Below are positions 1-11,941 of a stretch of DNA of 32,000 nt, piece after piece. The notes beneath the pieces were generated by a model, which searched no databases, was not told where the DNA came from, and saw only the letters and a list, made by a program, of their open reading frames with translations. The stretch lies in the NCBI RefSeq assembly GCF_000196355.1, contig NC_007614.1:2580001-2612000 (forward strand), written 5' to 3'. Position 1 is the stretch's first letter; each line of letters opens with the position of its first letter. A program made the translations under genes and the position numbers. The stretch is from Nitrosospira multiformis ATCC 25196 (lineage in GTDB: Bacteria > Pseudomonadota > Gammaproteobacteria > Burkholderiales > Nitrosomonadaceae).

Positions 1-602
1 CTGGCCTGAGTCTCGGCATCCGGCTCATCCATATTCATCAGTTGAGCGATGCGATCCAGTTCATCGTTGTTCGCCTTAACGATATCGGCATGCCGCAGCG
101 ACCAGTCCAGTCGTTCGCCATAAATCCAGGGATCGCGCAGATTGACATCAAAAAAACGTTGGCCGCTGGTTGCACGCAGCATATGACGCAGAGCGCGATG
201 CGAGTCGGCGCGCTGAGCCAGCGTTCCGAAATAGACCATTTCCGGGTTTGCCGCGAGCGCAGCCATTCGTGCCAGACGTGGATGAATATGATCGTAAGCC
301 TGGTTAGGGACAATATCGAATCGATGCCCTTCCGCCCCCAGATGAACCGCTACCACGCCTGTAGGATAAACCGAGTCAAGCTGTATGCCATGCGTACTCA
401 ATCCGGCACTCTCCATCGTCTGCAACAGACGCGCCCCCTCCGCATCCTGGCCTATCCGACTTACAAGAACAGGCGCACAGCCAAAAGCGCGCAAATGGCA
501 GGCTACATTAAGAGGTGCGCCACCGAGCACGTCCCCGCCGGGGAACCGGTCTATCAGTATTTCGCCAAAAAGAAGCACTGAGTGACGAACCTCGATCATC
601 AT
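1..602 (-). CDS. PfkB-family carbohydrate kinase (fructokinase-like), N-terminal part, truncated by window start
   Basis: Manual minus-strand reading from ATG at 602 is open to base 1: MMIEVRHSVLLFGEILIDRFPGGDVLGGAPLNVACHLRAFGCAPVLVSRIGQDAEGARLLQTMESAGLSTHGIQLD...FDVNLRDPWIYGERLDWSLRHADIVKANNDEL. GGAPxNVA, SRIGxDxxG and NLRxPW motifs are typical of the family. Absent from the supplied ORF track because it runs off the edge. Confidence 0.88.
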   Translation of the reverse strand, partial: MMIEVRHSVLLFGEILIDRFPGGDVLGGAPLNVACHLRAFGCAPVLVSRIGQDAEGARLLQTMESAGLSTHGIQLDSVYPTGVVAVHLGAEGHRFDIVPNQAYDHIHPRLARMAALAANPEMVYFGTLAQRADSHRALRHMLRATSGQRFFDVNLRDPWIYGERLDWSLRHADIVKANNDELDRIAQLMNMDEPDAETQA

Positions 603-1009
603 GATAGCTCGAAAAAAATCGTCGCGAATCTACTCCGGGTTCGCCGACGCACATGAGCGGGCCTTCCTTATACTTCCGTGTGAAGCCATGGGAAAAGAGG
701 GATATTGCCTGCTATACCAGCCCCTCCAGCAACGCCTGTCCGAAGCTTATTTAAAGCGGGTGCAATGGCACCGATTCAGAAGCTTATTACCTTCCTTTCC
801 TCGCTGTGAATAAAGGAAGAAGGAAGCATCAGGAGAAAATTCAGGGAAAAAATGAAGAGCGCTGCGCTCTTATTTGTAATGATTACCGCTTCTTTTGCCT
901 CTTTTCCATCCCCTGTGAAACGGAGTGACCAACAATATTATCAGCTCCGGAAAGATTTCTGTGCAATAGCAGACATACGTCGCGAGCGCGCAACCAATGC
1001 TAACGGGTC

Positions 1010-1744
1010 CTAAAACTTGTATCCGCGGTGCAATGCTACGGCGTTTGCAGCAAGATTGAAATATTGCACGCGCTCGAATCCGGCTTTCTGCATCATTTGC
1101 TTCAACTCCTCCTGGCTTGGATGTACGCGAATGGATTCGGCAAGATACCGGTAGCTATCCCGGTCCTTTGCAACGAGACCCCCCATCGCGGGAAGCACCT
1201 TGAACGAGTAAAGGTCGTAGAGCCGTTGCAGGGGTTTCCATATCCTGGAGAATTCGAGCACGATAACGCAGCCCCCGGGACGTAATACGCGCAGCATCTC
1301 TTTCAGCGCGACATCCTTGTGCGTCATGTTCCTCAGACCAAAAGCAACGCTTACGCAGTCGAAGTAATTGGTAGGGAATGGCAGTTTTTCCGCGTCGCAT
1401 TGGGCAACCGGCACCGCAGTACCTTCATCCAGCAGGCGATCGCGACCAATGGTCAGCATGGAATTGTTGATGTCGGTCAGCCACACCTCTCCCCTGCTCC
1501 CCACCTGCTCAAGGAAGAGCGAGCTCAGATCCGCCGTTCCCCCGGCAATATCCAGTACACGCTCCCCTGTCCGAACTCCGCTCACCTCAATCGCAAATCG
1601 TTTCCACAGACGATGCATGCCCCCCGACATGAGGTCATTCATCAGGTTGTAACGTTCCGCGACAGAATCAAACACACCTGCTACCTCGCGTGCTTTCTCC
1701 GTTTCCGACACGGTCTTAAAGCCGAAATGGGTAGTTCTCGTCAT
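1010..1744 (-). CDS. ubiE: Ubiquinone/menaquinone biosynthesis C-methyltransferase UbiE
   Basis: ORF of 244 aa: [46 protein letters not shown]...[12 protein letters not shown]...[24 protein letters not shown]...LEFSR, classic UbiE signatures. Confidence 0.95.
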   Translation of the reverse strand: MTRTTHFGFKTVSETEKAREVAGVFDSVAERYNLMNDLMSGGMHRLWKRFAIEVSGVRTGERVLDIAGGTADLSSLFLEQVGSRGEVWLTDINNSMLTIGRDRLLDEGTAVPVAQCDAEKLPFPTNYFDCVSVAFGLRNMTHKDVALKEMLRVLRPGGCVIVLEFSRIWKPLQRLYDLYSFKVLPAMGGLVAKDRDSYRYLAESIRVHPSQEELKQMMQKAGFERVQYFNLAANAVALHRGYKF

Positions 1745-1799
1745 CGATATTCAAACTTAAATAAAGGGTAAAGGGAGAAGAAGCCTTGTTCCGGATAGC

Positions 1800-2219
1800 T
1801 CAGCTTTTTACCGCTGGTTTCCCGTTCCAGTCCGATAAATACCCGGGCCGTTCCCGACTGGCTCCCGCTTCTTCCATTCGGCGCAGGTAGCGCTGCCACA
1901 TTTCATCCTGGTGCAGCCCATACTCGTAGAGCAGATCCCAGGAATAAAGCCCGGTATTATGGCCATCAGAAAACGTCAGTTGGATCGCATAGTTGCCTAC
2001 CGGATCGATACGATTGATATTCACCTCTTTCTTGCCGGTCTGCAGCACTTCCTGGCCGGGACCATGACCTCGCACTTCTGCCGAAGGCGAATACACCCGC
2101 AGGAACTCGCTGGTGTACCGGAAAGTCTTCCCATCGCTGAAAGTGATTTCCAGCAGCCGTGATTTTCGGTGCAGTTTGATTTCAACGGGAACAGGCGTGT
2201 TTTTACTCAAGCCGGCCAT
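1800..2219 (-). CDS. DUF971 family protein (gamma-butyrobetaine hydroxylase-like N-terminal domain)
   Basis: 139 aa with LEITFSDGKTFRYTSEFLRVYSPSAEVRGHGPGQ...INRIDPVGNYAIQLTFSDGHNTGLYSWDLLYEYG; adjacent to ubiE as in many betaproteobacteria. Confidence 0.85.
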   Translation of the reverse strand: MAGLSKNTPVPVEIKLHRKSRLLEITFSDGKTFRYTSEFLRVYSPSAEVRGHGPGQEVLQTGKKEVNINRIDPVGNYAIQLTFSDGHNTGLYSWDLLYEYGLHQDEMWQRYLRRMEEAGASRERPGYLSDWNGKPAVKS

Positions 2220-2562
2220 TGCCTTTCTCCAGTTTGATCCCGGTGAGGAATGGCGAATGATAAACCAGTAGGAGCCAAACTAAAACCTTGACGGCAAATT
2301 GGATGTGATTTTCAGCAGAAAAACCAGGGGCAAAAGGGAAGTATTCGGAAATAGACCGGCAGGATTCCAGCGATCTCCGACAGTTAAAAGAACCGCCTGT
2401 CCGCCCTCACCTTTGCCATTGGCGCGCTGAGGATCAATGCAAATTATCTGCCGACAAGATCCTGTGCAGCGTATGCGACTTTCACTGTTCCTCGTCGTTG
2501 TGCGAGGCTACCTTTCCCATTCACCTCGCAGCAATTTTAAAGCGCCGGTGGCGCAGGGCCGC

Positions 2563-3075
2563 TCACGGAAAGGCGGGCTGTTTCGGTTCGGTTCCTTCAA
2601 TCTCTATAGTAGGCAAATGATTTTTTATGCGCGCCTCGATCTCCTCGACACGACCTTTTGGCACATCAGCCAGCACAAGCAGCTGACCTGCCTCGATCGC
2701 CTGTTCAAACTGCTTAATTCTAGAGCTTGCCGTACTCACACCAATCAGGCTTCCCGCCCAGGCGCCGACACCTGCTCCTGCAAGCGCGCTTCCCAGCACG
2801 ATACCCCCGGCGATTACCGTGGATGCCGGCGGCAGAACGACCGCAACCAGTCCGGCCAGGGCGCCCGCGGTACCGCCTACCGCCAGTCCCCTTTCCACCG
2901 CGGGAATGAAATCGGTCTTCTGCAACAGGTTGGCCTCCGGCAGATCCTCGAGCTCGGTACCGCGCCTGGCGACCACATGAATGTGTTTTTCCTCTATTCG
3001 GGATAGAAGCAACTCATCGACAATGCGCTTGGTCGTCGGAATGTCGGGAACCAGAAAGTATATTCTTCGCATCAT
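2563..3075 (-). CDS. DUF1269-like conserved protein with glycine-rich hydrophobic segment
   Basis: MMRRIYFLVPDIPTTKRIVDELLLSRIEEKHIHVVARRG...AGALAGLVAVVLPPASTVIAGGIVLGSALAGAGVGAWAGSLIG. ORF track extends to 3108; start at 3075 preferred. Confidence 0.65.
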   Translation of the reverse strand: MMRRIYFLVPDIPTTKRIVDELLLSRIEEKHIHVVARRGTELEDLPEANLLQKTDFIPAVERGLAVGGTAGALAGLVAVVLPPASTVIAGGIVLGSALAGAGVGAWAGSLIGVSTASSRIKQFEQAIEAGQLLVLADVPKGRVEEIEARIKNHLPTIEIEGTEPKQPAFP

Positions 3076-3280
3076 GATCTCCTGATAGTAGTTAACAAGG
3101 CAAATCACCAGCGTGCAGAATATTCAAAATATTCAAAACCGGCTGATTTCAGCATAGGACAGGCCAACCGAAAAAGCAAACCGGCACTCCGAGCGGGGAT
3201 AAGAAAATGAGGGATACCGATTATTCATACCTCGTTTTCGTACCTCATTTGTAAGTCGCCCGCTTCCTCCTGCATACTAG

Positions 3281-4438
<1,158 letters not shown>

Positions 4439-4475
4439 TCTGTACGGTTTCCGTTAACCGCAAAGGTTTGTATCC

Positions 4476-5345
4476 ATGAATCAGAATCCAGAGGAGTTGC
4501 AATTTCTCTCATCGCATCGTTCGTTCGACGGATGGCAAAAACGCTACAGACACTTTTCGCCATCGCTGAACTGCGAAATGAATTTTTCCATCTATCTTCC
4601 ACCGGCGACAGACCAGGGCGAAAAGGTGCCCGCTGTCTACTGGCTGTCCGGCTTGACCTGCACGGACGAGAACTTCACGATTAAGGCCGGGGCGCAGCGA
4701 GGGGCGGCAGAATATGGCATCGCGCTGATCATGCCAGATACCAGTCCGCGGGGAGAAAAAGTGGCGCGAGCAATCGATCATGCCTACGACTTGGGCCTGG
4801 GCGCGGGTTTCTACGTGAATGCCACGCAGGAGCCATGGAGCCGGCATTACCGGATGTATGACTATATCGTCGATGAGTTGCCGGCCCTGATGGAGAAACA
4901 CTTTCCACTCGATGACCGGCGATCGATCAGCGGTCATTCGATGGGGGGGCATGGCGCTTTGATGATCGCCTTGCGCAATCCGCAGCGCTATCGGTCAGTA
5001 TCCGCCTTTTCACCTATTGTGAATCCCACCACCAGTCCGTGGGGCATAAAGGCTTTCAGTCACTATCTGGGAGATGACGTCAAGAACTGGTGGAACTATG
5101 ACGCCTCTTTGCTTATAGAATCTGCACGTCCACGGGAGTATCTCCCCATGCTGATCGACCAGGGGTCTGCTGATGAGTTTCTGGCCGAGCAACTGAAAAT
5201 CGAACGCTTTATCGCAGCATGTAATACAGCGAATTACCCTGTGCAAATCAACATGCGCGAAGGCTACGATCATAGCTATTTCTTTATCAGCACGTTTATC
5301 GGAGAGCACTTGCGTTTTCACGCACGCGCCCTCAAGAATCCTTGA
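4476..5345 (+). CDS. fghA: S-formylglutathione hydrolase
   Basis: YLPPATDQGEKVPAVYWLSGLTCTDENFTIKAGAQR...GHSMGGHGALMIALRNP...SVSAFSPIVNP; immediately downstream of adhC. Confidence 0.95.
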   Translation: MNQNPEELQFLSSHRSFDGWQKRYRHFSPSLNCEMNFSIYLPPATDQGEKVPAVYWLSGLTCTDENFTIKAGAQRGAAEYGIALIMPDTSPRGEKVARAIDHAYDLGLGAGFYVNATQEPWSRHYRMYDYIVDELPALMEKHFPLDDRRSISGHSMGGHGALMIALRNPQRYRSVSAFSPIVNPTTSPWGIKAFSHYLGDDVKNWWNYDASLLIESARPREYLPMLIDQGSADEFLAEQLKIERFIAACNTANYPVQINMREGYDHSYFFISTFIGEHLRFHARALKNP

Positions 5346-5521
5346 ATAGATTTCCTGAACCTGTAAACGGAATATTCCCGTCCCCATCCCCTACGATAAG
5401 GGTGCGACAATTTGCCACATTCCCAGAGGGGTGAAAATCCATTATTCTGCCTGTGACTTCTCCTTGAAGTTGCCAGTAGTAGTACCGTGTTTGTTTTACG
5501 CATTATTTTCCTTCTACATTT

Positions 5522-5567
5522 GGGCTCGTCACACATCACCCCACGTGTCACGAGCCCTTTTCTTTTT
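5522..5567 (+). terminator. Rho-independent-type terminator
   Basis: GGGCTCGT-C-ACAC (5522-5534) pairs with GTGT-C-ACGAGCCC (5545-5557): 12 bp with a single C/C mismatch, followed by TTTTCTTTTT. Confidence 0.75.
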
Positions 5568-5739
5568 CTGATAATGCCCTAGAGAGCGACTGTTCTCTAC
5601 CCGAACCCACTGAATCCACCCTGTCAATGAGAATTCCCCCTGTCCGAAAGAGTCGGATCATACGCCTCCCAGCCTGAGGCAGCGCGCTGCTTCCTGTATA
5701 ATCCTTTTTATTCCCTTCATACTTTGAAAGCATTTTTTC

Positions 5740-6844
5740 ATGGAAGCAGAACACGTCAACGCTCTCACCCACCAGCTCGGCGATCTGGATAGCCGGGCAG
5801 CAGAACTGCGGAGGTATCTTTGACTTCGATACCCAGAAAACACGCCTGACCGAGCTTAACCGGCTGACGGAAGATCCCGCTGTCTGGGATGACAACAAGC
5901 GTGCCCAGGAATTGGGGCGCGAAAAAAAAATCCTGGAAAGCGTGGTCATCAACCTGGAAACAATTTCCCGCCAGCTACAGGATGCGCGGGAGCTGTTCGA
6001 GATGGCGGAAGAAGAGGATGACGATGCCACTCTTCAAAGCGTGGCGCGCGACATCAGTCATTTGGAAAAAGCAGTGTCGGACATGGAATTCCGACGCATG
6101 TTTTCCAATCCCATGGATACGAATAACTGCTTCGTGGATATCCAGTCGGGCTCGGGCGGCACTGAAGCGCAGGACTGGGCTGCCATGTTGGAGCGCATGT
6201 ACTTGCGTTATTGCGAGCGCCGCGGTTACCAGGTGGAAGTAATGGAAGAATCGCCGGGAGAAGTGGCGGGAATCAAGAGCGCGAGCCTCAAAATATCGGG
6301 GGAGTATGCCTATGGCTACCTTCGGACCGAAACCGGCGTTCACCGCCTTGTCCGCAAATCCCCATTCGATTCCGGCAATCGCCGTCACACCTCGTTTGCA
6401 AGCGTATTCGTCTATCCGGAGGTGGATGAAACCATCGAAATCGACATTAACCCGGCGGACCTGCGGGTTGATACCTTTCGTGCTTCCGGGGCGGGTGGAC
6501 AGCACATCAACAAGACTGACTCGGCAGTCCGGATTACACATAACCCTACCGGTATCGTCGTTCAATGCCAAAGCGGTCGTTCCCAGCATCGTAATCGCGC
6601 GGATGCGATGGCGATGCTGAAATCGCGCCTTTATGAAGCGGAACTGCGCAAACGCAATGAGGAAAAGCAGGCGATAGAAGATACGAAAACCGATATCGGC
6701 TGGGGACATCAGATCCGCTCCTATGTGTTGGACCAGGCGCGCATCAAGGACCTGCGAACGGGGGTGGAAAGCGGCAACACCCAGGCTATCCTCGACGGGG
6801 ATCTGGATGATTTTATCGAAGCAAGCTTGAAACAAGGCGTATAA
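5740..6844 (+). CDS. prfB: Peptide chain release factor 2 (RF2), programmed +1 frameshift at 5821
   Basis: Zero frame 5740-5823: [30 protein letters not shown]. Frameshift site CGG AGG TAT CTT TGA C with SD-like GGAGG. Continues in +1 frame from 5822 ([36 protein letters not shown]...) into the listed ORF 5912-6844, which carries the RF2 GGQ region ([21 protein letters not shown]). Confidence 0.97.
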
Positions 6845-6859
6845 AAGGACCGATCGGAG

Positions 6860-8383
6860 ATGGATGAGGCTTTAGAGAAAGATTCGGAGGAAACGAATCG
6901 GTTTCAGGCAGAGATCAGGCTCGTCGAGGAGCGGCGAGCAAAACTGGATGCGCTGCGTGCAACGGGCAATGCCTTTCCCAATGACTTTCCCCGCGAACAT
7001 TTTTCGGCGGACCTTCATAACACGTATAGCGAACACTCCACCGAAACACTGGAGGCAGAACCGGTACCCGTGCGCGTGGCTGGCCGGATGGTCCTCAAGC
7101 GGGTCATGGGCAAGGCAAGCTTTGCCACCCTGCAGGATATGCGCGGTCGCATCCAGCTTTACATTGCAAAGGATGTAGCGGGCGACAGCGCTTATGGCGC
7201 ATTCAGGCATTATGATCTTGGGGACATATTGGGTGCGGAGGGTACACTGTTTCGGACCCGCACCGGGGAGTTGTCGGTACGGGTGACAAACCTGAGATTG
7301 CTCACGAAATCGCTGCGCCCACTGCCGGAAAAATTTCATGGTCTGAGCGACCAGGAGCAGAAGTACCGCCAGCGCTATCTCGACCTCATCACGAATGAAA
7401 GCAGTCGCAAGGTGTTTATCGCGCGCTCCAGGATCATCCAGGCCATCCGCGAATTTCTGGTCGGGCATGGCTATCTGGAAGTCGAAACGCCCATGATGCA
7501 TCCTATCCCGGGGGGGGCGGCTGCACGCCCTTTCATCACGCATCACAACGCGCTGGACATGCAGTTGTATCTGCGTATCGCACCCGAGCTTTATCTCAAG
7601 CGTCTGGTAATAGGCGGATTGGAAAAAGTATTCGAAATAAACCGCAGCTTCAGGAATGAGGGGATTTCCACTCGGCATAACCCCGAATTCACGATGCTGG
7701 AGTTTTACGAGGCCTACCGGGACTATGCGTATCTGATGGATCTTACCGAAGCTCTGTTGCGGGAAGTAACGCTAAAGGTGCTGGGCGCTGCCAGCTTCAC
7801 GTATCAGGAGCGCGAGCTGGATCTGGCCCAGCCCTTCGCGCGCCTGACCATCACCGAGGCTATCCGGAAATTTCATCCCGAATATACGGAGGCGCAGCTC
7901 GACGATCGTGCATTCCTGATCGACAAGTTGCAGGAACTCGGAATTCCTTATAAACCCGGGGACGGCGTAGGCGGATTACAGCTTACCCTGTTTGATGAAA
8001 CTACCGAGCATCTGCTGTTCGACCCTACCTTCATTGTCGATTATCCGGCGGAAGTCTCGCCGCTTGCGCGTCGCAACGACAGGAATCCGGCAATAACCGA
8101 CCGGTTTGAGCTCTATATAGCCGGGCGTGAGATTGCAAACGGATTCTCAGAGCTGAATGATCCGGAGGATCAGGCGGTGCGCTTCCTGGAGCAGGCAAGA
8201 GCCAAGGAAGCAGGCGATGCGGAAGCCATGCACTACGATGCCGATTATATCCGCGCCCTCGAATATGGCCTGCCTCCCACCGCCGGGGAAGGCATCGGCA
8301 TCGATCGGCTGGTCATGCTCCTGACCAATAGCCCGAGTATCCGCGATGTCATTCTGTTCCCCCAATTGCGGCGGGAGGATTGA
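6860..8383 (+). CDS. lysS: Lysine--tRNA ligase, class II
   Basis: 507 aa: [30 protein letters not shown]...[49 protein letters not shown]...[26 protein letters not shown]...[13 protein letters not shown]. Standard prfB-lysS order. Confidence 0.97.
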   Translation: MDEALEKDSEETNRFQAEIRLVEERRAKLDALRATGNAFPNDFPREHFSADLHNTYSEHSTETLEAEPVPVRVAGRMVLKRVMGKASFATLQDMRGRIQLYIAKDVAGDSAYGAFRHYDLGDILGAEGTLFRTRTGELSVRVTNLRLLTKSLRPLPEKFHGLSDQEQKYRQRYLDLITNESSRKVFIARSRIIQAIREFLVGHGYLEVETPMMHPIPGGAAARPFITHHNALDMQLYLRIAPELYLKRLVIGGLEKVFEINRSFRNEGISTRHNPEFTMLEFYEAYRDYAYLMDLTEALLREVTLKVLGAASFTYQERELDLAQPFARLTITEAIRKFHPEYTEAQLDDRAFLIDKLQELGIPYKPGDGVGGLQLTLFDETTEHLLFDPTFIVDYPAEVSPLARRNDRNPAITDRFELYIAGREIANGFSELNDPEDQAVRFLEQARAKEAGDAEAMHYDADYIRALEYGLPPTAGEGIGIDRLVMLLTNSPSIRDVILFPQLRRED

Positions 8384-8852
8384 ATCTCGATCGTTTTCGG
8401 CTGTCCAGGGCCTGTTTTTTGAAAGGCTGCGTAACAAATACACTCTTCAATCTACTCTTCAGGCAGCTGAACTGCTCCTGACCTCATCTGGCGGAGCTTG
8501 AGTTTTGCCTCAACAGCGCTGGATGCAGCATTCCCGGGCTTGCTTTCCCCAAGCTTGTCCGCATCGGGAAACGCATTTCATCCTTCGCCATCTTTTTCAG
8601 GGTGAACGATGAAACCATCTGCCTGAACCTTTTACTCCATTCCCTGCCAAAGTTTAGATACCATGCCCGGGTATTCGCAATCTGTGGAGCAAAATGAAGG
8701 TTCATCGAATTCGCATTGAGAAAATTCGGAACACATTACAAACCCTTGCAGGTGGGGCGCGGGCGCGAGCAAGTGACGAAAGGCAGGCCATTCCGAGGAA
8801 TATGACAGCTAAGGGGGTGTAACAATTAAGGGAATTTGACAACCGAAGGGAT

Positions 8853-8882
8853 TTGACATATACCCCTATAGGGTATAAAGTT
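8853..8882 (+). promoter_or_regulatory. Copper-responsive promoter with CsoR-like operator upstream of copA
   Basis: TTGACA (8853-8858) directly abuts the inverted repeat TATACCC-CTATA-GGGTATA (8859-8877). A possible -10 (TAAAGT) lies 17 bp after the -35. A csoR-like gene lies in the same cluster. Confidence 0.7.
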
Positions 8883-8908
8883 TGGCTGACCGTTTTGGAG
8901 ACGCCATC

Positions 8909-11314
8909 ATGAGTTCTCTTACTCTCAGGCATATCGAACTGCCCATCGAAGGCATGACTTGTGCAGCATGCGCGACCCGGATCGAAAAAAACCTCAACAA
9001 GCTCCCCGGTGTCCAGGCAGCAGTAAACTTCGCCAACGAAAAAGCCCGGATCGAATTTGACACTTCGGCCACTCAGCCGCAAGACCTGGTCCACTCCATT
9101 GAAAAAGCAGGTTTTCATGTCGCCCCTCAGTCGGTGCAATTGCAAATCACTGGCATGACCTGCGCGGCATGCAGTGGGCGGATCGAGAAGGCATTGAGCA
9201 AGCTTCCCGGTGTTGCCGCCTCCGTCAATCTGGCAACTGAAACAGCGCATGTCAGTTACAACCCCGCCATGGAAACGGTGGAAGATATCATCAACGCTGT
9301 CGTCAAAACCGGCTATGGCGCCCGGGAACTCAGCGATACCAGTCGTGCCGAAGAGAAAGCCCGCAAGCTGGCTGCCTATCAGGCGGAGCTTCGCATGTTC
9401 TGGATTTCCGTGGCACTCAGCGCGCCGCTGCTGGTGCAGATGGGGCCGATGTTCTGGGGCGGTGAGATGGAACTGCTGCCGCGCTGGCTCCAGTTGCTGC
9501 TGGCCACGCCGGTACAGTTCTGGATAGGCAAGCGCTTCTATGTGGGTGCCTGGCACGCATTGCGGGGTGGTGGCGCGAATATGGATGTACTCGTCGCGCT
9601 GGGCACCAGCATGGCTTATCTTTTCAGCGCGATGGTCACTTTGCTGGGGTTGGATCAGCATGTCTATTTCGAAGCGAGCACGGCCATCATCACTCTGGTG
9701 CTGCTCGGAAAATTGATGGAAGCGCGTGCCAAAAGCAGGACTTCCGCCGCCATCGAGGAACTTGTCAAGCTGCAACCCAGGACCGCGCGTGTGGAGCGCA
9801 ACGGCGAGATCATCGAGGTGGACGTGAGTACGCTCGAGGTGGGGGATATTTTTCTGGTGCGCCCGGGCGAGAGCCTGCCGGTAGACGGCGTCGTCCTCGA
9901 AGGCGCATCCAGCATAAACGAAGCGATGCTGACGGGGGAAAGCCTCCCCGTGGCGAAGCAGGCCGGCGCCACGGTATACGCCGCCACTGTAAACCAGCAG
10001 GGCATGCTGAAATGCCGCGCTACGGGCGTCGGCGCACATACCCAGCTCGCCGCCATTATTCGCCTGGTTGAGGAAGCCCAAGGCTCGAAAGCGCCTATCC
10101 AGCGCCTCGCGGACACCATATCCGGTATCTTCGTGCCAATCGTGACTGCCATCAGCGCCCTGACTTTTATCCTGACATGGTGGCTGGCGGGCAACTTTGT
10201 CCCGGCCCTGGTCAGCGCCGTGGCGGTACTGGTGATCGCCTGTCCCTGCGCCCTTGGACTGGCGACCCCGACCGCCATCATGGTAGGCGTGGGCCGCGGC
10301 GCGCAGAGCGGCGTACTGGTCAAGAATGCCGCAGCGCTCGAGCATGCCGGAAAAATCGAGACGCTCATCCTGGACAAGACAGGGACGCTCACCGAAGGGA
10401 AACCAGCGCTTACAGATGTCGTTACTGCCGGATCCTTTACAGAACGAGAACTGATGCGTGTTGCGACGGCCCTTGAACAGGGTTCGGAACACCCTCTGGC
10501 AAAAGCAGTCATGGAACATGCCAGCAAAACGGGTATTCAACCGGAATCTGTAACGAATTTTCAGGCTGTCACCGGCAGCGGCATCACTGGCAATATTGGC
10601 GATACCGGGTATATTCTCGGCTCACCTGGATTCCTGCGGGAACACGGGGCGCGGATTGATGAGAACGCGGTATCCGCTCTCCAGTCCGAAGGCAAGACGG
10701 TTATAGGTCTTGCCGCCGTGAAGACGCCTTCTGACAAGGAATCCGCCGAGGTGCTGGGCTATCTCGCCATCGCCGACCAGCTCCGGATAACTTCAGCACG
10801 GGCGGTGGCGCGATTAAAAGCGATGGGTATCGAGGTTGTGATGCTCACCGGCGACAATGCGCCAACCGCGGCTGCAATCGCAGGGCAGGCGGGGATAACC
10901 GCGTATCGGGCCGAAGTGCTGCCGCAGGACAAGGCTGCAGAGGTGGGCAAGTTGAAGGAAAGTGGCAAAGTTACGGGCATGGTGGGCGATGGAATCAATG
11001 ACGCGCCCGCACTGGCAATGGCTGACGTAAGTTTTGCCATCGGCGCGGGTTCGGATGTTGCGATCGAGGCAGCCGACATCACCCTCATGCGCGATGATTT
11101 GATGAGTGTGGTCGACGCCATCTCGCTTTCGCGCAGGACATTGGGAAAAATCCGGCAGAACCTTTTCTTTGCCTTTTTCTACAATGTCCTGGGCATCCCG
11201 CTTGCAGCAATGGGTCTGCTCAACCCTGTCATTGCAGGTGCGGCGATGGCAATGAGCTCGGTGTCGGTGGTAAGCAATTCGCTGTTGTTGAAGCGCTGGC
11301 GTGCCAGTGCCTGA
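8909..11314 (+). CDS. copA: Copper-translocating P1B-type ATPase with two N-terminal heavy-metal-associated domains
   Basis: Two GMTCAAC metal-binding motifs; GEALLxxxE-region (LTGESLP), CPC motif ([26 protein letters not shown]), [11 protein letters not shown] and [12 protein letters not shown]. Track start at 8882 is a TTG codon; ATG at 8909 has upstream GGAG. Confidence 0.95.
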   Translation: MSSLTLRHIELPIEGMTCAACATRIEKNLNKLPGVQAAVNFANEKARIEFDTSATQPQDLVHSIEKAGFHVAPQSVQLQITGMTCAACSGRIEKALSKLPGVAASVNLATETAHVSYNPAMETVEDIINAVVKTGYGARELSDTSRAEEKARKLAAYQAELRMFWISVALSAPLLVQMGPMFWGGEMELLPRWLQLLLATPVQFWIGKRFYVGAWHALRGGGANMDVLVALGTSMAYLFSAMVTLLGLDQHVYFEASTAIITLVLLGKLMEARAKSRTSAAIEELVKLQPRTARVERNGEIIEVDVSTLEVGDIFLVRPGESLPVDGVVLEGASSINEAMLTGESLPVAKQAGATVYAATVNQQGMLKCRATGVGAHTQLAAIIRLVEEAQGSKAPIQRLADTISGIFVPIVTAISALTFILTWWLAGNFVPALVSAVAVLVIACPCALGLATPTAIMVGVGRGAQSGVLVKNAAALEHAGKIETLILDKTGTLTEGKPALTDVVTAGSFTERELMRVATALEQGSEHPLAKAVMEHASKTGIQPESVTNFQAVTGSGITGNIGDTGYILGSPGFLREHGARIDENAVSALQSEGKTVIGLAAVKTPSDKESAEVLGYLAIADQLRITSARAVARLKAMGIEVVMLTGDNAPTAAAIAGQAGITAYRAEVLPQDKAAEVGKLKESGKVTGMVGDGINDAPALAMADVSFAIGAGSDVAIEAADITLMRDDLMSVVDAISLSRRTLGKIRQNLFFAFFYNVLGIPLAAMGLLNPVIAGAAMAMSSVSVVSNSLLLKRWRASA

Positions 11315-11368
11315 GCTTCAGCACCTGATGAGAGGCTAATAACCTCAGCCAACCAAAGGAGGCAGGAA

Positions 11369-11578
11369 ATGCAAGCAGAAGTCGTAAAAATCAAAGGAAT
11401 GACCTGCATGGGCTGTGTCAATAGCGTGAAGAATGTGCTGGAAAAGATACCTGGCGTGAGCAATGCAAATGTCTCTCTGGAACAGCAGCAGGTGACCATC
11501 GAGTATGATGCTTCCAGGGCTCATACCGATCAATTCAGAGAGGCGATCAAGGATGCGGGCTTTGAAGTCGAAAACTGA
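11369..11578 (+). CDS. copZ: CopZ-like heavy-metal-associated copper chaperone
   Basis: 69-aa HMA domain: VVKIKGMTCMGCVNSVKNVLEKIPGVSNANVSLEQQQVTIEYD. Confidence 0.88.
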   Translation: MQAEVVKIKGMTCMGCVNSVKNVLEKIPGVSNANVSLEQQQVTIEYDASRAHTDQFREAIKDAGFEVEN

Positions 11579-11594
11579 GAAGAAACCTTGCCAC

Positions 11595-11873
11595 ATGCCC
11601 ACTGCGGTGGTACAGCCGGATAAGGAAGCGTTGATAAAACGCCTCAACCGCATCGAGGGTCAGGTACGCGGCGTGGCGAAAATGATCACTGAAGACCGTT
11701 ATTGCGTCGACATTCTGAACCAGGTATCCGCGCTTCAGTCCGCGCTCGACGCTGTGGCGATGCGTCTCCTTGAAAATCATACGCATGGCTGCATGCAGAG
11801 CGCGATCAAGTCGGGAGACGGAGACGCAGCAATCGATGAGCTGATGACGGTGGTGCGCAGATTCGCCCGCTAG
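11595..11873 (+). CDS. csoR: CsoR/FrmR-family metal-sensing transcriptional repressor
   Basis: DKEALIKRLNRIEGQVRGVAKMITEDRYCVDILNQVSALQSALDAVAMRLLENHTHGCMQSAI: family fold with Cys-His-Cys pattern. ATG at 11595 chosen over the track start at 11505. Confidence 0.85.
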   Translation: MPTAVVQPDKEALIKRLNRIEGQVRGVAKMITEDRYCVDILNQVSALQSALDAVAMRLLENHTHGCMQSAIKSGDGDAAIDELMTVVRRFAR

Positions 11874-11941
11874 CGTATTTCCGATCGAGGATAATTTTTT
11901 ATTGCAACGGTCGCAATCCCTTACAAGAAGAACTTCTCACA

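Noticed and set aside
601-813. 70-aa ORF (MIARKKSSRIYSGFADAHERAF...) between the kinase gene and ubiE
   Set aside because: No recognisable domain, no clear RBS and unremarkable composition; not supported as a gene from sequence alone.
5548-6030. 160-aa Ser-rich minus-strand ORF over the prfB start and frameshift site
   Set aside because: Ser/Arg-rich shadow ORF; the plus strand encodes the RF2 N-terminus and recoding site.
5975-6835. 286-aa ORF antisense to prfB
   Set aside because: Shadow of RF2 coding sequence.
8702-10540. 612-aa plus-strand-labelled ORF overlapping copA
   Set aside because: It overlaps a full-length CopA with all P-type ATPase motifs. Its translation is His/Arg/Gly-rich without family motifs, typical of shadow ORFs in GC-rich genes.
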